Made by a program: the position numbers and the translations under genes. Under the pieces are notes generated by a model that did not search any database, was not told where the DNA came from, and saw nothing but the letters and a program-made list of their open reading frames with translations. Shown piece by piece: positions 15,591 through 24,567 of a stretch of 34,318 nt of DNA (the first letter of the stretch is position 1; every line of letters begins with the position of its first letter). This DNA is from Bacteroidetes/Chlorobi group bacterium ChocPot_Mid (GTDB lineage Bacteria; Bacteroidota; Ignavibacteria; Kapaibacteriales; UBA2268). The DNA lies in contig RCNQ01000145.1 in assembly GCA_003731675.1 (NCBI GenBank), positions 1 to 34,318 of the forward strand, written 5' to 3'.

Positions 15591-15637
15591 TTGTCATATG
15601 CCAATAATTACTTAAATTTGTAATTAGCATATGACAA
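15591..15637. promoter_or_regulatory. Long inverted repeat TTGTCATATGC...GCATATGACAA with an inner TAATTAC/GTAATTA pair, upstream of the DUF134 gene; candidate operator and/or terminator hairpin
   Basis: 15591-15601 is the exact reverse complement of 15627-15637 (11 bp). The inner 7-bp arms pair too, with a 3-nt bulge. It lies 25 nt upstream of the DUF134 ATG and 29 nt after the stop of the second receiver gene. Confidence 0.45.
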
Positions 15638-15661
15638 TAATTAAAAAAAAGGAATGAAAAA

Positions 15662-16153
15662 ATGCCAAGACCACATAAATGTAGAAGGATATCATCTAAC
15701 CCTGATGTAGTTTATTTTAAACCGGCAGGGCTGAGAATAAAGGAGCTTGAGGAAATATCTTTAACTTTAGATGAATATGAAGCTATACGACTGGCAGATT
15801 ATGAAGGATTGTATCAGGAAAATGCCGCCGAAAAAATGAATATTTCCAGACAAACTTTTGGAAATATTATTAATTCTGCACATCAGAAAATAGCAGATTT
15901 CCTACTTAATGCAAAAGTTTTAGTAATCAAAGGAGGTGTCATTGAAATATTAAATGAAAAAAATAAAAAGTTCAGATGTAAAGAATGTAACAATACTTTC
16001 AAGAGAAATATTAATACATTTAATACAATCAATTGTCCAAGATGTAAAAGTTCCGAAGTACATCAAATTAGTCTTTATGAAAATTTTGAATTTAAAAATC
16101 AAAGAAGAAAAAGAATGTGTAAAAGAAACAGGGAAGATGAAGATGAAAAATAA
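15662..16153 (+). CDS. DUF134 (UPF0251) family predicted DNA-binding protein with an added C-terminal zinc ribbon and a basic tail
   Basis: [10 protein letters not shown]...YFKPAG...[48 protein letters not shown] is the characteristic DUF134 sequence with a sigma-70 region-4-like HTH. The C-terminal CKECNN...CPRCKS forms a C4 zinc ribbon. Confidence 0.85.
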   Translation: MPRPHKCRRISSNPDVVYFKPAGLRIKELEEISLTLDEYEAIRLADYEGLYQENAAEKMNISRQTFGNIINSAHQKIADFLLNAKVLVIKGGVIEILNEKNKKFRCKECNNTFKRNINTFNTINCPRCKSSEVHQISLYENFEFKNQRRKRMCKRNREDEDEK

Positions 16154-16322
16154 TATGGGAAAAGGGGGTTTTTGTATCTGTCCGAAATGTGGTCAAAAAT
16201 TACCACACGAATCAGGTGTCCCTTGCCAACAAGTGTATTGTCCAAATTGTAATGTAAAAATGTTGAGAGAAGGTTCTGAACACCATTTACTATGGCTAAA
16301 TAAAAAAACGAAAAATAAATAA
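16137..16322 (+). CDS. Small C4 zinc-ribbon protein ([18 protein letters not shown]....CPNCN..M.RE type); start uncertain
   Basis: Candidate starts are ATG 16137, 16143 and 16155. The ORF-track start at 15954 would overlap the DUF134 gene by 200 nt. The conserved-looking core begins at [40 protein letters not shown] recall similar mini-proteins next to DUF134/NifX-like genes in anaerobes, from memory only. Confidence 0.6.
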   Translation: MKMKNNMGKGGFCICPKCGQKLPHESGVPCQQVYCPNCNVKMLREGSEHHLLWLNKKTKNK

Positions 16323-16353
16323 CAAATTATATTTAAAATTTAAGGATATAGAA

Positions 16354-16725
16354 ATGATTATTTGTGTTCCAACAGACGAGCCCAAAGGATTAGATTCAAT
16401 GGCTTACGGGCATTTTGGCAGTGCTCCGTATTTTATTATTTACAATACTTTGACTAATAATTATGAAGTAGTTAATAATGGCAATGCAGTGCATGAGCAT
16501 GGTCAATGCAATCCCGTACAACCTTTATTAGAGAAAAAAGTTGAAGTCGTTGTTGTTGCAGGAATGGGTGCCAGAGCATTATCAAATCTGAATTCAATGG
16601 GGATTCGTGTTTACAGAACAATCGAAGAAAAAAATATTAAAGATATTATTTCAGAGATTAACAATAATAAAATGAAGGAACTAACACTTAACGATAGTTG
16701 TGGTGGACATCATAACTGCAATTAA
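16354..16725 (+). CDS. NifB/NifX/NafY-family cofactor-binding domain protein (dinitrogenase FeMo-cofactor-binding fold) with a Cys/His-rich C-terminal tail
   Basis: MIICVPTDEPKG...HFGSAPYFIIYN...VVVAGMGARALSNLNSMGIRVY is typical of the stand-alone NifX_NifB domain. The tail is DSCGGHHNCN. RBS AAGGA lies upstream. Confidence 0.8.
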   Translation: MIICVPTDEPKGLDSMAYGHFGSAPYFIIYNTLTNNYEVVNNGNAVHEHGQCNPVQPLLEKKVEVVVVAGMGARALSNLNSMGIRVYRTIEEKNIKDIISEINNNKMKELTLNDSCGGHHNCN

Positions 16726-16748
16726 TTGAGTTCCAAATTAAATCAAAT

Positions 16749-16778
16749 GGGGCTGTCTCTTGTTGATGAAACAGCCCC
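16749..16778. terminator. Hairpin terminator between convergent genes
   Basis: GGGGCTGT (16749-16756), 14-nt loop, ACAGCCCC (16771-16778). The flanking runs are A/T-rich but there is no long clean U-tract on either strand. Confidence 0.55.
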
Positions 16779-16809
16779 AAAATTATTTATAATATGAATT
16801 ATTAAAAGT

Positions 16810-19800
16810 TTACTCTGGCTTCCAATCAGGAATTCTTCCAGGCGTCCATGGAGCTTTCACTGATTCAAGTTTATTTTCAAGGTCTTTCAAATCAATATCG
16901 AGTCTCCTCAACTTATCGAGTTCAGGAACAAACTCTTCACCAATAATTGAATATGCCTGTTTTGCCGTTAATGTTGGTTCGGAACTTGACCATGCGGTTG
17001 AGTAAATGATATGCCATAACCTGTCTTTAATCGAAGGAGCTTGATTCTCATTTCGCTTTGATTTTGATGGGTCTCCATTAAGTTTCACCTTAATTTCTTC
17101 AAGTCTTAATTCCAATTCTCTTAACTTCGAGAAGTTTTCTACCGAAATCTCAGGTGTATTTTGTAATGCAACCCTGACAAGAGATAATCTTTCGGTAAAT
17201 TCATTAATACTATTATCTGTTCCTAATACAGCCTGTTGCATCCTGTTAATTTTGTTGTGAAATTCCGTAAGAGCTTTTTCATCAGTTGCTGGCAAGGTTG
17301 TATTTCTTAATCTTAGAACATTAAATCCAACTTTATCACTAAGTCTATCAATTTTACCATCAACACTTTTATAAACAGCTACATAGTATTTCCCCGGTAA
17401 TACTGGAAAATCGCTATGCTTTTCAGTTTTCGTATTTTTACTAACAGGAGCTTTGCTTGCAAAGCACAAATCCCAAGCTATTCTGTTAATCCCCTTTTTA
17501 GGCGATTCGATTAATCTCCGGACAATATTGCCAGCTTCATCAGATATTTCAAATATCAAATAAGCTCCCTCCTCAAGGTCTTCTTGTCGTAATTCACTAT
17601 TAGTCGGATAGACATAAGGTTTCTTGTCCTTTTCAAGCTTACCTTCATTTTCCTTACGAATATCTCTTTTTGATTTAAAACTATCTTTAAGGTAATAAGT
17701 AAATACAGCTCCGTATTCCGGATTTTTCGCTCTGTAAAAGTCAGAACCTTGGTCATCCTTATTCCTTGAATTATCTTGAAAATAGTGATAAGCATCTTTG
17801 ATTGAAAATAAATGAAATTCCTTATCCAAAATTTCTTGAGTTGTTTCCCTCAATGGAGTAAAATTATCAAGAATATATATTCCTCGTCCAAATGTCCCAA
17901 CTATCAAGTCATTTTCCCTCTTTTGTATTTCCAAATCACGAACAGCAATCGAAGGTAAACCAGAATTCAACTTTAACCATTTATTCCCACCATCAATAGA
18001 AAAATATAATGAAAATTCAGTTCCTACAAATAACAAATTAGGATTAACGTTATCCTCATAAATTGTCCAAACTGGCTCATCTTCAGGAAGATTCGATGAA
18101 ATCAAAACCCATGTTTTGCCCTTATCTGTACTTTTGACTACATAAGGTTTGAAGTCCATTCTCTTGTGGTTGTTGCAAGTTGCATAGATTACATTTGCAT
18201 CATGCTGTGAAGCAAAAATATCACTGACATAAGTAGTTTCAGGAACAGACGCAATTTTCTCTGTTTTCCTCCAGTTTTTACCACCATCTTCACTGATTTG
18301 TATCAAGCCATCATCAGTACCTACACAAAGGAGTCCCTCACTAATTGGAGATTCAGATAAAGCTACAATATTGCCATAAAAAGATGTTGAAGCATTCTTA
18401 GCAATAGCTTCAGGATTCCAAACTTTTCCCATTACAGGTAGTTGATTTCTGTCAATTTGCCTTGTTAAATCAGGACTAACTGCCTTCCATGAATTCCCCA
18501 TATCTTCACTTCGGTACAATCTATTACAAGCAATATATATCCTCGTATTTTTGTGAGGACTTATTATCAATGGTGTATCCCAATTCCAACGATGCTCTTC
18601 TCCTTTTTCAGGTTGTGGTTGAATATATGTTTGTTCTCCACTTTTTCTATCATATCTCATCAAGTTCCCGTATTGCCATTGACAATAAATAATATCCGGA
18701 TTCTTTGGGTCAGGACGTGCCTGGTAGCCATCACCACCAACCAATTGGAACCAGTCATCGTTCAAAATACCTCCAACATTTGTAGTTCTCGAAGGTCCAC
18801 CCCAAGTATTATTATCTTGAGTTCCCCCATAAACATAGTAAAATGGTTCAGTATTATCACAAGATATTCTGTAAAACTGAGTAACAGGAAGATTAGCGAA
18901 ATGATGCCAATTCTCTCCATCAAAAGTTTCGTACAATCCACCATCCCCACCAATTCTTATGTGATTAGTATTATTCGGGTCAATCCACAAAGCATGGTCA
19001 TCAACGTGACGGTCTTTGTTCCCCAAAGCACGAAATGTTTTTCCACCATCAACTGAAACCTGAGTTACAGTTTCCAAAGAGTAAATCTTATTAACATCAA
19101 CAGGGTCACAGATTAATTCCTGATAGTATTGAGCACTACCTGGATTATAACTACTAACTTTAAACCAAGAAGCGCCTCTGTTAGTTGATTTATAGGTTCC
19201 ACCTGATTCCTCACTTTCTACGAGAGCCCATATATAATCAGGATTGACAGGAGAAATTGCCAACCCGATTCTTCCAAGTTCACCACCAGGAAACCCATTC
19301 CCAACTTTTTCCCATGTTTTTCCTGCATCCGTCGAACGATGCAAACCCGACTCTGGTCCACCGTTGATTAATGTCCAGACATGTCTTCTCCTTTGATACG
19401 AAGCGGCGAATATTACGTCAGGATTTCGAGGGTCAATGATAATATCTGAAACTCCCGTATTCTCACTTATCTCAAGAATCTTATTCCAAGTCTTACCGCC
19501 ATCTTCAGTTTTATACAGTCCTCTGTCACCTCCTGGTCCCCAAAGGGGTCCAAAAGCAGCAACATAGACAACATTGGAATTTCTTGGGTCAACAACAATT
19601 TTTCCTATATGTTTAGAATCCTTCAATCCCATATTTTTCCACGACTTTCCACCATCTATTGATTTATAAACCCCGTCACCCCAAGCCACACTCCTTTGGC
19701 TGTTGTTCTCTCCTGAACCAACCCAAATAACATTATAATTATTGGGGTCAATAGTAATACAACCAATAGAAAACGGTTTCTGCCCATCAAAAATTGGTTC

Positions 19801-20076
19801 AAAGGTTATACCTGAATTCGTTGTTTTCCAAATACTACCGCATGCTACTCCGACATAATAGATACTTGGATTATTAGGTTGCACAGCTATATCTATTATT
19901 CTCCCTGATGTTAATCCTGGTCCGACCGAGCGTAACTTCAAACCACTAAAAGTCGCGGATGTTAATGTATCCTTTTGTTCCTTTGATTCCTTTTTATCCT
20001 TTTTCTCTGCTGAAGTCATTGTTGTAACAATTGCCAGACAAATCAGAAAAATAAATAACACTTTTACTCTCATCAC
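16810..20076 (-). CDS. Secreted BNR/Asp-box repeat, sortilin (VPS10)-like beta-propeller protein, often annotated as a glycosyl hydrolase
   Basis: Signal peptide MMRVKVLFIFLICLAIVTTMTSA. At least eight SxDxGxTW-type Asp-boxes are present (SIDGGKSW, TEDGGKTW, STDAGKTW, SVDGGKTF, SEDMGNSW, SEDGGKNW, STDKGKTW, SIDGGNKW). The C-terminal ~200 aa look helical or coiled-coil. Confidence 0.8.
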   Translation of the reverse strand: MMRVKVLFIFLICLAIVTTMTSAEKKDKKESKEQKDTLTSATFSGLKLRSVGPGLTSGRIIDIAVQPNNPSIYYVGVACGSIWKTTNSGITFEPIFDGQKPFSIGCITIDPNNYNVIWVGSGENNSQRSVAWGDGVYKSIDGGKSWKNMGLKDSKHIGKIVVDPRNSNVVYVAAFGPLWGPGGDRGLYKTEDGGKTWNKILEISENTGVSDIIIDPRNPDVIFAASYQRRRHVWTLINGGPESGLHRSTDAGKTWEKVGNGFPGGELGRIGLAISPVNPDYIWALVESEESGGTYKSTNRGASWFKVSSYNPGSAQYYQELICDPVDVNKIYSLETVTQVSVDGGKTFRALGNKDRHVDDHALWIDPNNTNHIRIGGDGGLYETFDGENWHHFANLPVTQFYRISCDNTEPFYYVYGGTQDNNTWGGPSRTTNVGGILNDDWFQLVGGDGYQARPDPKNPDIIYCQWQYGNLMRYDRKSGEQTYIQPQPEKGEEHRWNWDTPLIISPHKNTRIYIACNRLYRSEDMGNSWKAVSPDLTRQIDRNQLPVMGKVWNPEAIAKNASTSFYGNIVALSESPISEGLLCVGTDDGLIQISEDGGKNWRKTEKIASVPETTYVSDIFASQHDANVIYATCNNHKRMDFKPYVVKSTDKGKTWVLISSNLPEDEPVWTIYEDNVNPNLLFVGTEFSLYFSIDGGNKWLKLNSGLPSIAVRDLEIQKRENDLIVGTFGRGIYILDNFTPLRETTQEILDKEFHLFSIKDAYHYFQDNSRNKDDQGSDFYRAKNPEYGAVFTYYLKDSFKSKRDIRKENEGKLEKDKKPYVYPTNSELRQEDLEEGAYLIFEISDEAGNIVRRLIESPKKGINRIAWDLCFASKAPVSKNTKTEKHSDFPVLPGKYYVAVYKSVDGKIDRLSDKVGFNVLRLRNTTLPATDEKALTEFHNKINRMQQAVLGTDNSINEFTERLSLVRVALQNTPEISVENFSKLRELELRLEEIKVKLNGDPSKSKRNENQAPSIKDRLWHIIYSTAWSSSEPTLTAKQAYSIIGEEFVPELDKLRRLDIDLKDLENKLESVKAPWTPGRIPDWKPE

Positions 20077-20176
20077 TATTCCTTTAAATTTATTTAATTA
20101 ATTAGTTTCTTTATAATTTTATATTTTTGAAACATATAACTTATGTAAAAATTTTAAAAAACAAAAATATATTTAA

Positions 20177-21847
20177 ATGTTTTTACCGACAACTAAAGAA
20201 GAAATGCATCATTTGGGATGGGAAAAACTCGATATTATTCTTATCTCAGGAGATGTTTACATAGACAATTACTATGATGGTTCTGCTCTTTTAGGAAAAT
20301 TACTGGTTTCGAAAGGATTTAAAGTTGGGATTATCTCTCAACCTGATATTTCCTCACCGAAAGATATTATGCGTTTGGGCGAACCAGAACTTTTTTGGGG
20401 AGTATCCGCTGGATGCGTGGATTCCATGGTTACAAATTATACTGCTTTGTTAAAGAAAAAGAAAAATGACGACCTGACCCCCGGTGGACTGAACAACAAA
20501 AGACCTGATAGAGCAGTTATCAAATATACCAATTTAATTCGTCAGTATTTTAAAAATACCAAGCCAATAATTATTGGAGGTATTGAAGCAAGTTTAAGAA
20601 GAATTGCTCATTACGATTATTGGTCTGATGCAATTCGCAAAAGCATACTATTTGATTCAAAAGCTGATTATCTTGTCTATGGAATGGCTGAAAGAACCAT
20701 CCTTGAAACAGCTGATTTCATCAAACAAAACAAAAGTCTTAAATTATTAAGAGGACTTTGCTATATTTCTAATACAAAAGTTGATAATTACATAGAATTA
20801 CCCTCGTATGATGAAGTAAAAAATGATAAAATAAAATTTATAGAAATGTTCCATCATTTTTATCAAAACAATGACCCATTAAATGCCAATGGACTTTGTC
20901 AGAAACAAGACTCAAGATATTTAATCCAAAACCCTCCGAATTTCAATTTATCACAAAAAGAACTCGATGAAATATATGAACTCGACTTCGAAAGAGATGT
21001 TCATCCTTACTATAAAAAACATGGCAAAGTAAAAGCTCTCGAAACCATACAGTTCTCAATTAACTCACATCGGGGATGTTACGGAGAATGCAACTTCTGT
21101 GCTATCACTGTCCATCAAGGAAGAACAATCAACAGCAGAAGCGTAAATTCAATTCTCAAAGAAGTCAGAAACATTACACAACATAAAGATTTCAAAGGTA
21201 TCATTAATGATATTGGTGGTCCTACTGCAAACATGTTTGATAATAAATGTAAATTGCAATCTACTAAAGGAAGCTGTAAAGATAAACGTTGCTTACTGCC
21301 TGAAAGATGCAAAGCAATGAAGATTGACCATTCCAGTCAAATTGATTTATTGGAAAAAGTAAAAAGAATTCCAAGAGTCCGAAAAGTTTTTATTGGTTCT
21401 GGTTTGCGTTATGATTTAATTATTGAAGACCATAAAGCAGGGGAGAAGTATCTGCTGAATTTAGTTAAAGACCATGTTTCCGGACAACTGAAAATTGCAC
21501 CTGAACATGTTTCAGAAAACGTTCTCCAATTAATGGGAAAACCTTCAAACAAAAATCTGATTGATTTTAGAAGAAGATTTAATGATTTTTCAAAGAAAAT
21601 TGGTAAAAATCAATTCTTGACCTATTACTTGATTGCGGCTCATCCAGGTTGTGAACAACAAGATATGGAAGAACTTCGAAATTTCATACATAATGAATTA
21701 AAACTCAAACCGGAGCAGATGCAGGTCTTTACTCCTACTCCCTCAACTTATTCAACATTGATGTATTATTCAGGATTACACCCAGATACATTGAAACCGA
21801 TATTTGTTGAAAAGACTTTGAAGGGAAAAAGGAAGCAATTACTATGA
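20177..21847 (+). CDS. ygiQ: YgiQ-family (UPF0313) radical SAM protein
   Basis: The N-terminus MFLPTTKEEMHHLGWEKLDIILISGDVYIDN is typical of YgiQ. Radical SAM cluster motif HRGCYGECNFCAI. Confidence 0.85.
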   Translation: MFLPTTKEEMHHLGWEKLDIILISGDVYIDNYYDGSALLGKLLVSKGFKVGIISQPDISSPKDIMRLGEPELFWGVSAGCVDSMVTNYTALLKKKKNDDLTPGGLNNKRPDRAVIKYTNLIRQYFKNTKPIIIGGIEASLRRIAHYDYWSDAIRKSILFDSKADYLVYGMAERTILETADFIKQNKSLKLLRGLCYISNTKVDNYIELPSYDEVKNDKIKFIEMFHHFYQNNDPLNANGLCQKQDSRYLIQNPPNFNLSQKELDEIYELDFERDVHPYYKKHGKVKALETIQFSINSHRGCYGECNFCAITVHQGRTINSRSVNSILKEVRNITQHKDFKGIINDIGGPTANMFDNKCKLQSTKGSCKDKRCLLPERCKAMKIDHSSQIDLLEKVKRIPRVRKVFIGSGLRYDLIIEDHKAGEKYLLNLVKDHVSGQLKIAPEHVSENVLQLMGKPSNKNLIDFRRRFNDFSKKIGKNQFLTYYLIAAHPGCEQQDMEELRNFIHNELKLKPEQMQVFTPTPSTYSTLMYYSGLHPDTLKPIFVEKTLKGKRKQLL

Positions 21848-21912
21848 AATATAACTTATGAAAATCAATAAAATTTACTATTTTTGATTTTTTTAATTAT
21901 GTTATTAGATTA

Positions 21913-22836
21913 TTGAAAGAATTTGAATTATATAGAATCTTAATATGTCCAGAATGTGGAGGAGAATTATCTCAGTTAATAGAACAAAATCAGTCTGAAG
22001 AAAATTCTTTTCTTGTTTGTATCAAATGCAATAGCAGATATTCCATCGAAAAGAATATTCCCATTATGCTTATTAAAGATATTAGTGATTCTGAAATGAA
22101 CTATATTGAGCATTATGAAAAAGATGCTGAATTATTTGATTACTTTGAACAAAGAGAATGCAAAGCAACTGAGCATGAAGAAAGAAGAGTTAGAGAATAT
22201 ATCTTATCAAAAATCCCTTCAAATGCTGAATTAATTTTAGATGTTGGTTCAGGTGGTTCCTGGCTTTCAAAAAACATTGATTTTGATAATCATATTCTGA
22301 TATCATTAGATTTATCAGAAAAAAATGTACTTCAAAGTCTCAATGAAAATTCAAATAAGAATCATTTTGGTTTAGTTGCTGATGCATTGAATCCTCCTTT
22401 CAAAGAAAATACTATTGATTGCATAATTGCTTCTGAAATCATTGAGCATCTAATAAATCCTGAAGAATTTATAAAAAAAATGATTAAAATATTGAAACCG
22501 GGAGGTAAATTCATTATAAGTACACCTTATAAAGAGGTAATCCCCTATTATCTTTGCATCCACTGCAATCAAATGACACCTAAAAATGCTCATCTTCATT
22601 CATTTGATGAACATAAACTTTCAAAATACTTTAATATAATTGGTAATGGCTTTGAAGAAAAAATTAAATTTTTAATTTTTGGAAACAAAGCTTTAAACAT
22701 TCTGAGAACCCATGTGTTTTTAAAATATCTGCCTTTTTCTCTCTGGAAATTCATTGACAAAATTTCAAATTTGATAATTAACAAACCTGCTCACATAATT
22801 GTAGTTTATAAAAAAATACTAACATCGAAATCTTAA
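21913..22836 (+). CDS. Class I SAM-dependent methyltransferase with an N-terminal Trm112-like zinc ribbon; TTG start
   Basis: ILICPECGGEL...LVCIKCNSRYSIEKNIPIML is a Trm112p-like domain. SAM motif I is ILDVGSGGSW and the post-I/II motifs are LKPGGKFIIST. Codon 21913 is TTG and there is no in-frame ATG nearby. Confidence 0.8.
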   Translation: MKEFELYRILICPECGGELSQLIEQNQSEENSFLVCIKCNSRYSIEKNIPIMLIKDISDSEMNYIEHYEKDAELFDYFEQRECKATEHEERRVREYILSKIPSNAELILDVGSGGSWLSKNIDFDNHILISLDLSEKNVLQSLNENSNKNHFGLVADALNPPFKENTIDCIIASEIIEHLINPEEFIKKMIKILKPGGKFIISTPYKEVIPYYLCIHCNQMTPKNAHLHSFDEHKLSKYFNIIGNGFEEKIKFLIFGNKALNILRTHVFLKYLPFSLWKFIDKISNLIINKPAHIIVVYKKILTSKS

Positions 22837-22838
22837 TT

Positions 22839-24521
22839 ATGATAACAAAAACACAAACATATATAATCGGATGGCTGACAGGAATACTGCTTGCTTTGGC
22901 ATTTCCGCCATTTCCTTTCCATTTCATAGCATTTTTTGCATTTATACCATTATTATTTTCACTTGAAGTTAGAAAAGGTGAAAAGTCATTCTGGTTAATT
23001 TATATAACGTTTTTCATTTATCATACAATGACAAATTGGTGGATTGGAAGCTGGCAGACAAATGCCGACCCATTTTTAATGGCATCAGGAATAATACTGT
23101 CATTTTTTCATCCCCTCTTTTTTCTTGTACCTGTCTATAGCTATTTGTTTATAAGAAAAAAATATGGGTTGAGCTTCGCCTTGTGGTTGTTTCCTTTTAT
23201 CTGGACTGCCTTTGAATGGCTTCACAGCTTAGGTGAATTAAATTATCCTTGGTTGACTATCGGTTATACTCAAGCATATAACATTGTTTGGCTGCAATTT
23301 GCTGACATCTCTGGAATTTGGGGAGTTAGTTTTATTATTATTTTGATAAATTCTTTGTTAGCAAGATTGTTCATTAATGAAAACAGTCTTCAGTTTTCTT
23401 TGTTAAATTGTCAAAAAGTAAAGGGAATTAAATTTATTTTTCTATCTGTGGTTTTACTGATTTTATTTCCCTACATTTACGGTATATTTCGTATAAATGA
23501 ATTTGAACATAGTAAAATAATTAAAAAAAATAAGAATGTTAAAATTGGAATTGTTCAACCAAATATAAATCCTTGGGCTAAATGGGAAAGAAATGTTCCT
23601 GAACAAATAAGACTGCATTTAAAACTTCAGGATTCATTATTAAAATATCAACCCGATATTGATTTCTTTCTTTGGTCAGAGACTGCAATACCTTATCAGG
23701 ATTTAAATATGAATAGTTCTCACGATTTCGGAGAATTAAAGTATTGGGTAGATTATCGGGATATAGCTGTTCTCACTGGATTAGCAGATATTAAGCTATA
23801 CAGGAAAGGTGACAGAATTCCAAAAACAGTCAAACAGCTTGAAGGTACTGATTCATTTTACTACGAATCATTTAATGCGGCTGTAATTATTAATCCCGAT
23901 TTACCAGATTCTCTATATCAAATTTACCACAAGATGAGATTAACTCCATTTTCCGAAAGATTTCCTTATGGCAAATATTTATCTTTCGCTACGGAATGGT
24001 TTAAGTGGGGTGTGGGTATTTCGAGCTGGAACACAGGAGAAAAACAATTTCCTTTATTGTTGAATAGAAAACAAAAATCAGAAGAAAATAAATCAAATTT
24101 AAAATCAAACGTTAAGATTGGTGCAGTTATTTGTATTGAATCAATTTATCCTGATTTTACAAGAGAGTATGTTAATCAAGGAGCTGGAATACTTGTGGTT
24201 ATAACTAATGATGCTTGGTTCAATCACACTTTCGGTCCTGAACAACATTTCATTATGTCACAAGTCAGAGCGATTGAAACCAGACGTTACATAGCAAGAT
24301 GTGCTAACTCAGGAATCTCTGGGTTCATCTCACCTTCAGGTGAAATTATTAAATTGATGGAGCAATACAAAGTAATTGCTGATGCTGAAAGTGTTCCAAT
24401 TTTAAAAGATAAATCCATTTATGTCCTCTTGGGTGATTGGTTAGTATATTTATGCACTATGATTTCTTTGATATTTATTATTTATGGATTTAGCAAGAAA
24501 AATCAATCATTTTTGAAGTGA
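22839..24521 (+). CDS. lnt: Apolipoprotein N-acyltransferase
   Basis: N-terminal polytopic membrane domain plus a C-terminal CN-hydrolase domain with the E-K-C triad contexts LWSETAIP, HKMRLTPFSE and AVICIESIYP. Confidence 0.9.
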   Translation: MITKTQTYIIGWLTGILLALAFPPFPFHFIAFFAFIPLLFSLEVRKGEKSFWLIYITFFIYHTMTNWWIGSWQTNADPFLMASGIILSFFHPLFFLVPVYSYLFIRKKYGLSFALWLFPFIWTAFEWLHSLGELNYPWLTIGYTQAYNIVWLQFADISGIWGVSFIIILINSLLARLFINENSLQFSLLNCQKVKGIKFIFLSVVLLILFPYIYGIFRINEFEHSKIIKKNKNVKIGIVQPNINPWAKWERNVPEQIRLHLKLQDSLLKYQPDIDFFLWSETAIPYQDLNMNSSHDFGELKYWVDYRDIAVLTGLADIKLYRKGDRIPKTVKQLEGTDSFYYESFNAAVIINPDLPDSLYQIYHKMRLTPFSERFPYGKYLSFATEWFKWGVGISSWNTGEKQFPLLLNRKQKSEENKSNLKSNVKIGAVICIESIYPDFTREYVNQGAGILVVITNDAWFNHTFGPEQHFIMSQVRAIETRRYIARCANSGISGFISPSGEIIKLMEQYKVIADAESVPILKDKSIYVLLGDWLVYLCTMISLIFIIYGFSKKNQSFLK

Positions 24522-24567
24522 TTCAAAAAAAATTGAAAAAAATTAGAAAATGTATTTTTTTGATGAC

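Noticed and set aside
15954-16136. The long N-terminal extension of the zinc-ribbon mini-protein ORF (ORF-track start 15954).
   Set aside because: It would overlap the DUF134 gene by 200 nt in another frame. The conserved-looking part begins only at about 16155.
16354-16725. Reading the NifX/NifB-domain gene as evidence of nitrogen fixation.
   Set aside because: No nifHDK, nifEN or nifB radical-SAM domain is present in the window. Stand-alone NifX-like domains are widespread in non-diazotrophic anaerobes.
18553-19056. A 167-aa plus-strand ORF and other 60-90-aa ORFs antisense to the BNR/sortilin-like gene.
   Set aside because: They are antisense shadow ORFs inside a gene with eight recognisable Asp-box repeats. 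They have no motifs and no plausible RBS context.
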